Below, piece by piece: positions 1-9,951 of a stretch of 64,000 nt of DNA. The notes below the pieces were generated by a model. It was not told the DNA's origin and did not search any database. It saw nothing but the letters and a program-made list of their open reading frames with translations. How positions within the stretch are numbered: position 1 is the stretch's first letter; each line of letters begins with the position of its first letter. A program made the translations under genes and the position numbers. Where the stretch lies: contig NMRA01000027.1 of the NCBI GenBank assembly GCA_002633005.1, positions 347,265 through 411,264 of the forward strand, in the 5' to 3' direction. Origin of the DNA: Phoronis australis. Lineage: Eukaryota; Animalia; Phoronida.

Positions 1-599
1 CAATGAGAGGCTTTCCTCTTTGTCTGTTTAAGAGGGAGGGGGTGGTTAAGACTGAGGTGTGCATTGAGAGACTTGTTTGTCTGAGAGAGATTTGGCTGCT
101 TTGTCAAATGCATGAGCCGTGATTGACACCTGCTGCCACCTGAGTTGCTACTCAGTTGTGTGTTGAGGCTTTTGCTCTTCACAGCTCGTGATACGGAAAC
201 ACATATTTGACTAGAGGTGAACTTAATGTCAGTTCCCCACCTTGATGAAAAGGCAACTGGGCTGGGATTCACACATACATTAATTGTGTCGTAGGACATC
301 ATTTGATCTATGGCAGAAAGTAAAATGAAGGTCTTTCACACGTCACATAAAAGGACCAAAGTGAACTGAAGGTTTAATCAGTTGAAGTGTTTGTGTAATT
401 TATGCAATTTTGCATTTGAGTGCTGCATCATTGTGCAGTTTAATCCACTGTTGGATGATAGTCATGGAATATCCTTGTGCGGTTTAATCCACTCTCTCAC
501 CTAAGTCATAGACATCAGTAAACACATGAGAGTCAATTTGCATTGATTAGAATTTACCACTGGTATTTTCGAGTTTATTTCCTTATTCTAAACCCAGTA

Positions 600-1563
600 C
601 AGTGGCGGATCTAGGATATCACAAGGGGGGGGCCCAACATTTTGTCCGGCAGCAAACATTTGTGCAAACTGAACAATTGTAGATTCGCATAGCACCGAAT
701 GGGAGGTCGGCCCAGGAAAAATTTTTTTGCCTCTAAAAATCAAGCATTTTCTTTGATTCCTGAAGTATTATCCAAGAAAAAAGGTAAAAAAAAAGAACGT
801 GTCAAACAGGAAAAACTGCAAGTACAAAGACTCGAACTCACGACCTGGTGGTTAGAGCGCGCGTGCGTTACCACTACACCACCATGATCTAACTACTAAT
901 AGCTTACTAAAAGAGCTACTTATTTATGGTCCACAGCGTTTGCACGCGAAACCTACTTCTTTTTGTAATGCTTATTACACGTTTTATATTTTGTGCCATC
1001 AATTCTTAACAAATTTGTCGTATTTGAAATAGTCTTCAAATGCCCAAAAGACCGAATCCATTTTTCGTGTTGGCAATAATGACGGGATTGCTTTGGAAGG
1101 TAAGGTTTGTCAGAGAGAGTATTGCGAGTTTCTGAGTGATTCACTAAAGCTTCGATTAAAATTCACATCTTGCCAGCAGCTTCTGTTTTTTCATCGTCAC
1201 TCAGATTCCATTTTCTTTAAAAAATGAAGTAAATTTTCTTCATTGCACAGTGGAGCAGACTACGGAAACGGAGTCGTAGTGCGCAGCGCCACTGCCGGTC
1301 GCCTTGGATATCGCGGGAGAGCCTATACTTAGCCATAGTTCCGTTACGAATGGGCCGTGTTCCGAATTTGACACTGGAAATTGGATTTGAGCCCCCCCAA
1401 TACTAAAACTGCACACATTTAATTTTTTTTCATCTGTATAATTTTAATTACCGGGGTTGATTAATAAACTCACCATTTCCCTAAGCTCTTACTGTTATAT
1501 TTTTTGCGGCAGCCAAGGGGGGGCCCGGGCCCCCTGGGCCCCCCTCCCCTAAATCGGCCTATG
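600..1563. mobile_element. Non-autonomous hAT-like DNA transposon (MITE-type), ~964 bp, in an MIS18BP1 intron
   Basis: Left end CAGTGGCGGATCTAGG matches the reverse complement of the right end (CATAGGCCGATTTAGG) at 12/16 positions. G/C-run subterminal blocks occur at both ends. CAGTA is repeated on both flanks (595-599 and 1564-1568) as a 5-bp TSD. Confidence 0.7.
811..887 (-). other. tRNA-derived Pol III promoter-like cassette (A box, B box, T-run) inside the hAT-like element; not a functional tRNA
   Basis: Minus strand reads TGGTGTAGTGGTAA (A box) ... GAGTTCGAGTC (B box) ... TTTTT. The anticodon and acceptor stems do not pair. Confidence 0.55.
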
Positions 1564-1601
1564 CAGTAACATAGTTGACACTACGTTGTTGATACTTGAA
1601 G

Positions 1602-1716
1602 GTTTGTCCAAGGAGGTGGTGAAGCAATTTGAGCAAGGCTTTCCACCAAACTGGGAAAGGCGTCTGCAACGATTCTTTCACGACCACTTTGAGAGGATGA
1701 AACTCAAGTCACAGAC
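1602..1716 (+). CDS. MIS18BP1: MIS18BP1/KNL2 internal exon, end of the SANTA domain (LSKEVVKQFEQGFPPNWERRLQRFF...)
   Basis: AAG acceptor and GTAAGT donor. The FxxGFPxNW motif is the SANTA hallmark. Its phase-2 end joins the next exon in frame. Confidence 0.85.
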
Positions 1717-1917
1717 GTAAGTTGGTCAGCTTCGTTGTACACATGTTACCGTAAATGTGAGAGTGCTATCCCGAAATTAAGACTTCACCAAGTATTGAGT
1801 TGGATGCATGTGCTCTTTGTTTAAATGTGATTTGTGGATGAGCACTACTTAGATTCACACTGACACATTGTTCCAATATATCTGTTATCTTCAATCAGGG
1901 CTCCCCTTTGTTTTGTA

Positions 1918-2614
1918 GTAGGATACAGTTGTGTTACATTTGTTGTAGGATACAATTGTGTTACATTTGTTGTAGGATACAGTTGTGTTACATTTGTTGT
2001 AGGACACAATTGTGTTACATTTGTTGTAGGACACAATTGTGTTACATTTGTTGTAGGACACAATTGTGTTACATTTCTTGTAGGACACAATTGTGTTACA
2101 TTTCTTGTAGGACACAATTGTGTTACATTTGTTGTAGGACACAATTGTGTTACATTTGTTGTAGGATACAATTGTGTTACATTTGTTGTAGGATACAGTT
2201 GTGTTACATTTGTTGTAGGATACAGTTGTGTTACATTTGTTGTAGGACACAATTGTGTTACATTTGTTGTAGGACACAATTGTGTTACATTTCTTGTAGG
2301 ACACAATTGTGTTACATTTCTTGTAGGACACAATTGTGTTACATTTGTTGTAGGATACAATTGTGTTACATTTGTTGTAGGATACAATTGTGTTACATTT
2401 GTTGTAGGATACAGTTGTGTTACATNTTGTAGGATACAATTGTGTTACATGTGTTGTAGGATACAATTGTGTTACATTTGTTGTAGGATACAATTGTGTT
2501 ACATTTGTTGTAGGATACAATTGTGTTACATTTGTTGAAGGATAAAATTGTGTTACATTTGTTGTAGGATACAATTGTGTTACATTTGTTGTAGGATACA
2601 ATTATGTTACATTT
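1918..2614. repeat. 27-bp minisatellite (GTAGGAYACAATTGTGTTACATTTGTT), ~26 copies, intronic
   Basis: Tandem periodicity is directly visible and explains the repetitive ORFs PTTNVTQLY and CCRTQLCYI. Confidence 0.97.
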
Positions 2615-3089
2615 GAACATGAAGTAATTCAGATTTCATCTCAAAGGCGGCTGTTGTTTTTCAAATACATTGTGGAAGTATTCTCCAGACACCCACCATT
2701 CAATCATTCTGAACTTGAATCTCACCATCTAGAATTGATGAGGCTGTCACAATATGCAAAAACTATGTCTGAGCTGTTTTTTTTTGTTTTGGTCGATTGT
2801 GAAAAGTTATCGCCACACACCATCGCACCTGGGTTTTTTTGGTTTTGATTACTTCTTTTTCCATTTTTAGGCTTGGGAATTTTGGCATGTCACATTTGAC
2901 AACATGCCCTTGTATTAAGTGTCGAGCATTGTTTAACAACATGCGCTTCTTTTGAGTGTCAAGGATTGATTGACAACATGCCCTTATATTGAGTGCCAAC
3001 CATTGTTTCACTCAGTCCCTGGATATAATTTTCGTTTATGAAAAATAACCTCTCCTGTGTCATGTCAATGGTGTGTTTGTTTTCCTCAG

Positions 3090-3574
3090 GGAAAAACAGC
3101 GTGCTGTGACAAAGAAGCATATACCAAGGACACGAAAGTCTCGGAAGTCCAGTCAATCGTCCATGAGTGAACCTGAAGCAGTGGGCAGAAAAAGTAAACA
3201 GTTGACTCGCCTTAAAGAAAACAGCATCTCTGCTGATAGCGGGGTACATATGGACGCCCCTTCAGACATTTTTGTCACCCCTGCGCCCCTGAGAAAAACT
3301 CACAGCTCGAAAACCCTTGGTGTAACAAACTATCACGATGCCTTCAGCGTGTCGGACAGCGAAGAGTCCAGTTCTGAATCTGTAGACTGGGCTGCCAAAA
3401 ACAAAATCAGCTATAAGTCACGTAGCAAAGACCAAACCAAGCTCGTTAACCAATCTGCTGATGCAGTACGAACACCTCGTCCATCCCATCGTGTCGGCAA
3501 ACGAGAGTTGAATGGCTTGTTGGAGGATGCCACGCCTAAAACTGTACAGAGAGGCAGCAAGTCTCTATCTGAGT
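3090..3574 (+). CDS. MIS18BP1: MIS18BP1 internal exon, low-complexity S/K/R-rich linker (EKQRAVTKK...SKSLSE)
   Basis: TTTCCTCAG acceptor and GTAAGC donor. Open frame within ORF 3073-3648. Phases 2 and 1 fit the neighbouring exons. Confidence 0.8.
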
Positions 3575-4048
3575 GTAAGCATTTATTTCTAGTTAATGTC
3601 ATAGAAGTTCAACCCTGTGCGCTATTCCCTCATGAACTCTCATTCTAACTAACTGGGACCTTCACTCATGAGTACAGGTCTGTTTCCGTGCACTACTGTT
3701 TGTTCTTACCAATTTCCTTTCTAATGAACACACTTTGCATTCTTGTGTGTGTGCGTGTGTGTTTGTGTGCGTGTGGGTGGTATACCCCACGTGTCACATA
3801 TGCAGAGGCGTGTATTATACACATAGCCCACCTGTATGTGAGTTTATATCTGTCAGGCATAGACCTCGAGTTTTGTGTTGCTTATTTGTGCATCTAACTT
3901 TTGCAGAAAACTTGATTCAAAATTGAGGATTAAATGGAATGTAATGGCTGCATGCATTTCAATGCTTCTTGTTTCAAAGTCTTCAAGCAAAATTAGTCAA
4001 ACCGTATACCATGTGTAAAATATTTTCTCTGTGTGTTTTGTCTTGCAG

Positions 4049-4222
4049 CTGGCACGTACATAAAGTCTCTGCCCAAGACTGGCAGTGGTCGTTCTGTAAA
4101 GCCATCTCTGGCCTGGTGGAGTAATGAGCGGGTCGTGTTTAACTCCAGCACTGACCACGTGGACATAGTCAAGGGAACTGTTGACACAATCCAGGAAACT
4201 TCCAGGATTCTAGCTTTGAAGG
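4049..4222 (+). CDS. MIS18BP1: MIS18BP1 exon with the CENP-C-like motif (KTGSGRSVKPSLAWWSNERVVF)
   Basis: TCTTGCAG acceptor, GTATGA donor, phase 1/1. Matches the SGRxxKPPLxFWxxER pattern of non-mammalian M18BP1/KNL2. Confidence 0.85.
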
Positions 4223-4562
4223 GTATGAGCACAACATGCTTTGAACAGTGAATTTTGATGTTCTCTCGGTTCTGTTTTTACGTGTACAATGAATTTAATC
4301 AATTCTTGCTGTGAACCCTTGGTAAATCATTATGTGGTCTGTTGTAGTTACTATTTCCTGAAATTTCCTAGATTTTAAGTTCACGTTTCCTTGCAGTTTA
4401 TCATTTGCAAAAAATGCATCCCAGCACCAATGAAAAATGATCGACCAAAATGCTCTGAAAATAGTCTTATCGATCCTATTGTCTGAGACAGTTGTGCCAA
4501 AGTTGCTTCACCATGAGTCTGGTCAGTCGTTTACTGTTTTATCAGTGCTAATAGAATAGAAT

Positions 4563-4850
4563 ATAGCTAACTCAGTGAATAGTGTGGTGACCTATCAACC
4601 AAAAGGTCATAGGTTAAATCCCTGACTGTTGCAGTTACACGGTGCCATGGGGCAACTGACTTACGTTGATAACTTGGCTGTATACATGAGTAGGAACAAC
4701 TTGGCTGCGTACATGAGTAGGAGGTAAAAACCCCTGTGGACTAGCGTCCGGTTTGAAATAATTGAAAGAATCCTCATTAACATGTCTACAAAAATCATAG
4801 TTACCGGCTAGTGAAACAGGCCTGCTGTATCATGAAGGATTTGACTTCTT
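4563..4850 (+). mobile_element. Degenerate tRNA-derived SINE
   Basis: Has an A-box-like TAGCTAACTCAGTG and a B-box-like GGTTAAATCCC. These are followed by GTGCCATGGGGCAACTGACTT (resembling the GTGTCCTTGGGCAAGGCACTT block common in invertebrate SINEs), then AACCCCTGTGGACTAGCGTCC and a T-rich tail. Confidence 0.45.
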
Positions 4851-4910
4851 TTTTGCTTTAATTTCTTTTTAATATAACTTGTTTGTCTAGCTGGTAGCGC
4901 TCAATTGCAG

Positions 4911-5033
4911 GTGTGAAACGTTCTAAGAAGGCGCCCTCCAAGAAACCTCTCAAGACTGTGATTGTTCAAGACAGCTCGGATTCGGAGTTTGAAACCTTTG
5001 ACAAGAAATCGCCTGTGTCGTATGCGAAAAAGG
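4911..5033 (+). CDS. MIS18BP1: MIS18BP1 internal exon (VKRSKKAPSKKPLKTVIVQDSSDSEFETFDKKSPVSYAKK)
   Basis: TTGCAG acceptor, GTAAAA donor, phase 1/1, open frame. Confidence 0.7.
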
Positions 5034-5395
5034 GTAAAACTATATCTTTACTAGAGCTGCCTTTACAATTTACTGTAGTGTTGTGAATACTTTTGTATTG
5101 TTGTATGTACCCCAACCAGAAAACATTTTAATGTACAAATTGTTCGACGGAAAGTTATACTTGGCTAAAAAACGACACCTAGACCGTATTTTTCGTTGGT
5201 GTATTCTTGGTTATTATTTTGATGGAGGGTTACCAAGACGCCCCTGTATTTACAACTTGAGCCTTGTTTAGGCAGAGGGTTACCAAGACATAATCCCTGT
5301 ATTTAGTACTCGAGCCTTGCTTTGAAAGAGGGTCACCTAGACTCCACGTATTTACAATTTGGACCGTGTATTTACAACTGTTGTGTTGTTAACAG

Positions 5396-5529
5396 GGAAG
5401 CCTCGCCAACCCAGTGATATGGAGTATGCTAAAATTTTACCTGAAAACAAATCGGGAAAGCTGCGCAGACGTAAGCTCTCTGAAAAGTTCAATGACACCA
5501 GTAAGGAGGCTAAGTCGATCAAGGCAAAA
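5396..5529 (+). CDS. MIS18BP1: MIS18BP1 internal exon (KPRQPSDMEYAKILPENKSGKLRRRKLSEKFNDTSKEAKSIKAK)
   Basis: AACAG acceptor, GTAAGT donor, phase 1/0, open frame. Confidence 0.72.
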
Positions 5530-5655
5530 GTAAGTTTTTGTTAGGATTTGAAGTCAAAATAGATAGTTGATTTTGATTGCATGAAGAAGTCTAAGGTGAT
5601 ATGAACCTTTGTAACATTTGTCAAAAGTAAATATTTATTTCTGTAACAAAATAAT

Positions 5656-6588
5656 NNNNNNNNNNNNNNNNNNNNNNNNNNNNNNNNNNNNNNNNNNNNN
5701 NNNNNNNNNNNNNNNNNNNNNNNNNNNNNNNNNNNNNNNNNNNNNNNNNNNNNNNNNNNNNNNNNNNNNNNNNNNNNNNNNNNNNNNNNNNNNNNNNNNN
5801 NNNNNNNNNNNNNNNNNNNNNNNNNNNNNNNNNNNNNNNNNNNNNNNNNNNNNNNNNNNNNNNNNNNNNNNNNNNNNNNNNNNNNNNNNNNNNNNNNNNN
5901 NNNNNNNNNNNNNNNNNNNNNNNNNNNNNNNNNNNNNNNNNNNNNNNNNNNNNNNNNNNNNNNNNNNNNNNNNNNNNNNNNNNNNNNNNNNNNNNNNNNN
6001 NNNNNNNNNNNNNNNNNNNNNNNNNNNNNNNNNNNNNNNNNNNNNNNNNNNNNNNNNNNNNNNNNNNNNNNNNNNNNNNNNNNNNNNNNNNNNNNNNNNN
6101 NNNNNNNNNNNNNNNNNNNNNNNNNNNNNNNNNNNNNNNNNNNNNNNNNNNNNNNNNNNNNNNNNNNNNNNNNNNNNNNNNNNNNNNNNNNNNNNNNNNN
6201 NNNNNNNNNNNNNNNNNNNNNNNNNNNNNNNNNNNNNNNNNNNNNNNNNNNNNNNNNNNNNNNNNNNNNNNNNNNNNNNNNNNNNNNNNNNNNNNNNNNN
6301 NNNNNNNNNNNNNNNNNNNNNNNNNNNNNNNNNNNNNNNNNNNNNNNNNNNNNNNNNNNNNNNNNNNNNNNNNNNNNNNNNNNNNNNNNNNNNNNNNNNN
6401 NNNNNNNNNNNNNNNNNNNNNNNNNNNNNNNNNNNNNNNNNNNNNNNNNNNNNNNNNNNNNNNNNNNNNNNNNNNNNNNNNNNNNNNNNNNNNNNNNNNN
6501 NNNNNNNNNNNNNNNNNNNNNNNNNNNNNNNNNNNNNNNNNNNNNNNNNNNNNNNNNNNNNNNNNNNNNNNNNNNNNNNNNNNNNNNN
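5656..6588. other. Assembly gap (933 N)
   Basis: Run of N. Confidence 1.
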
Positions 6589-8380
6589 TTTTTATGATAT
6601 TTCCGCATAAAAAAATCGGATTTGATATAAAATTTCCGCGGCAAATTCCTTTCTTACCGCGGCGTTGCAGACGACGTTCACCTCGAAAAGCGGAAGTTGC
6701 TCTTTATGTTTGGAGGAACGTAAATTGTCAACATTGCCGGGGCACCTGGGACAGCGTGGTGGGATTTTCAATGGCGTCTCGTGTTATTGTTAAGCGCGGC
6801 GACAAATACTACGGCTCTGCAGCCAAAAATGTGTGGGTTGGGAGTGGATGGGCGAGCTAAAAGGACGCAGACGCATGCTACTGATGGTGGTAACGTTTTT
6901 TTTTTTTAGTCCTCCCGAGTTTTGTCGGGGAAAGGTTCACATTGACCATTTCAAGGCTGGTTATCGGGCATGATTTGGGCCGTAAAAGTTTCAAAGTTTC
7001 CGCGTTTTTTGTCATTGGTCATTCCAAGCCCTGTTATGAGTTTAACGTCAAGGGGAGTGACGGAGATTTTCTGGACTATTGAGGGGAATATCAATTAACT
7101 TTTAAACAATATAACAAATTATTTTTTATTCGTCTCCAAAATTAGGACATTGAACGGGCCTCATGGGGTAAGCCAGTCAGAATTTACTTGTAGTATTCTG
7201 GTAATTTGTGTTTATGATGCAAAGCCTTTCTTCTAAACATTCACAAAATTGTGTTGATATTTACAAGCGAATTAGGATTGTGCGATCGAGTTTTTTCGTA
7301 GTAAACATGTTTAACGTCTTTTCGGCATGCGGCGTATCATGGAATACTGTAACTGCATTTAGGCAAAGTCTGCATTTTCTGTTTGTATCTGACTTTGTGC
7401 CTGCAATTTCAAAGTCAAATTTGATAAACACGGTATTTTCCGGCAGTTACCGTGTAATACAAAGTCTCGTGATCAGCCACAGCAAATACATTTATATGCG
7501 CTAACTGCGAAGCGATACCGAAGCTAGTTTACAGTGAAACAACACATGTAGTTGAGATAAAAGGTCATATATATTATGACAAACTAAACTACTACAGATA
7601 TCAGTAATTACAAATATTTAGGCCAATTGACAGCCGTTCCACAAGAGCACCAAAAGGTCGACTGTCATTTTACCAACTCAAGATTGAAAAAAAAATGTGT
7701 TCATGCATCCTGGTGAGATATGTTACAAAAGTTTATTTCAAAGTTTTTGGGTCATTGTTTTTTAAGTTGAAGCATCATTTTCTGTTCAGAGAGGTTCAGT
7801 AAGAAAAGAAGTTTTAAAGTGGTTTAAAAGAATGAGAAAGAAAAAATCATTATATGTTCAGAAGACATTTGCAATTTCAAAGTGGTTTCTGCTTACCTTA
7901 ATTAAATCATCAAAATTCAGTAAATTTTTTGCTTGGTTTTCAACTATTTTTGAGGTGCTCTTAGGGGCCAGTTTGCAGGGTGTTGGGGATTACATTTTCC
8001 ATCATTTTGCTGTCTGATTAAAAAAGTAATATTGGACTTTTTGTTTGTTTCGAAGCAACAGACATGGAAAGGATATACCATTGTAGGCTTTGCTATCCTT
8101 GACTACCGGCAGTCTGCGACTGTATCTCATAAACCTCATAAAGCGGCTTAATTATTTTTTCAAATGTATCTCCGTGGTTATGAAATCAATCTACATCAGT
8201 TTTTAGATGATTGACCTACTGCTGCCCCCCCTGGGGGCAGTTTCTATTAATTAGATTTATTAGGTGAAATTTTAAGAAATTTGGCCAGAATGTTTCTATC
8301 CAGGAAATAATGGTACATGCATGTTTTCAAATGATTTTAATCTACGCTGCCCCACCAGTGGCAGTTATAGCATTTTTTTG

Positions 8381-8834
8381 TTTACAGTGGGTAATACCCT
8401 GGGTCTGACTGGTGCTGTGTATTTACAGACTCTGAGGGTAATATCCTGGGTCTGACTAGTGCTGTGTGTTTACAGGGGGTAATAGCCTGGGTCTGACTCT
8501 TGCTGTGTGTTTACAGAGGGTAATACCCTGGGTCTGACTCTTGCTGTGTGTTTACAGAGGGTAATACCCTGGGTCTGACTAGTGCTGTGCGTTTACAGAG
8601 GGTAATAGCCTGGGTCTGACTCTTGCTGTGTGTTTACAGAGGGTAATACCCTGGGTCTGACTCTTGCTGTGCGTTTACAGAGGGTAATACCCTAGGTCTG
8701 ACTCTTGCTGTGTGTTTACAGAGGGTAATACCCTGGGTCTTACTCTTGCTGTGTGTTTACAGAGGGTAATACCCTAGGTCTGGCTCTTGCTGTGTGTTTA
8801 CAGAGGGTAATACCCTGGGTCTAACTGGTGCTGT
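8381..8834 (+). repeat. 41-bp minisatellite (TTTACAGAGGGTAATACCCTGGGTCTGACTCTTGCTGTGTG), 11 copies, overlapping an MIS18BP1 splice acceptor and exon start
   Basis: TTTACAG ends at 8387, 8428, 8475, 8516, 8557, 8598, 8639, 8680, 8721, 8762 and 8803. The last copy runs into coding sequence. Confidence 0.95.
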
Positions 8835-8946
8835 AGGCACGATGAAGCGGAAGAGGCATTTACGACAGATGTTGGAGCTCCACAACCATGGCTGCGAAGA
8901 TGACATTGGTGACTCTACGCCATTCAGGAAGAGAAAGAAAGTCCAG
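8804..8946 (+). CDS. MIS18BP1: MIS18BP1 exon with the conserved C-terminal block (GNTLGLTGAVGTMKRKRHLRQMLELHNHGCEDDIGDSTPFRKRKKVQ)
   Basis: Resembles the recalled vertebrate M18BP1 block ITAKVGTLKRKQQMRDFLE...DDFFSTTP. CAG|GTAAAG donor. The start could alternatively be 8837, in the same phase. Confidence 0.85.
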
Positions 8947-9951
8947 GTAAAGCTTCTAGTCTGTTCAGATGATGGTCACAATTGCAAATATCCACAGTCA
9001 TGAGTGCCAAAAGCTGTCGACATGGAGAATTGATCTTGATGTTTTAATGGTAGACATGCTGCTTGCGAGCAGTGTTGGAATAAATGAGTGTTAAGGATAT
9101 CTCAACTATTGTTCTCAAAAATTGGCCGTTTTTCACAATATGTAACAGGTGTCTAGCAAAATACCTTGTCATCGTTGTGGGGGAACTTCAGATACGAAAA
9201 TATACCGTATGTAGCGATAACAAGATTTAGTGGAACCACCGTTAGTCGCGTGGAAACTTGTTTATTTCCTATCCAAGGTCAAAGGTTACATAGCTGACAC
9301 TCAAATCGAATCTCACGCTTGGCTTGTTTACTTCTCACAATTCACAGTCCTTTCATTTACCTAGTCGTCATAAGATTGAGTGAACGAGGTGTACATAGCA
9401 TGGAAGGATGCCACGGAAAGGCAAGCATAACGCACTTTAGATCCTGAGTGAGTTGCACATCTGTGTACATACGACTGTAGAAAACTTGATGACGAATGTG
9501 CATCATCTGGTGTATTACAAACACAGCTAGTTGTGAAAAAAGATAAATCCTCACCTAAATTCATTCATTTCACTGGTAATGTGACATTTTGCTGTTTCGA
9601 TCTTGTGCTCAAGGGGAGCTTTAACCTGGGTGAGCTTGGGAATATGTACTGTTGACCTATTTTATTAGGTCAAGAGATAAACTCCTCCCCTAACCAAGTT
9701 TCACTCAATTCATTGTCAACCGATTCAACAAAATTAGTGATAATTAAATTAATTAAGCACTGCCAATTCAGTTCACATTATGAGTGAATGTTCAAATAGC
9801 TAACAAGGTAATAACATGTGTAGGTTATGTTGCCCAAAGCAAGTTTTCACCAAATAATTAATCAGAAACCTTCAGATTTTACGACTCGTAATGTTTCCAG
9901 CTTTTTCTTGGCTTCGGCAAATCAACTTGATTTGAACTTGGGAACACGAGT

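Noticed and set aside
811-887. tRNA gene
   Set aside because: A and B boxes are present but the stems do not pair into a cloverleaf. It is kept only as a tRNA-derived cassette.
1918-2614. CRISPR-like interpretation of this and the other tandem arrays
   Set aside because: There are no unique spacers and no cas genes, and the context is a eukaryotic intron.
1845-2620. Long repetitive ORFs (PTTNVTQLY, CCRTQLCYI) resembling mucin or Cys-rich proteins
   Set aside because: They arise from a stop-free 27-bp minisatellite inside an intron and are open in several frames on both strands.
5541-6644. ORFs of 330-367 aa
   Set aside because: They are artefacts of translating through the N gap.
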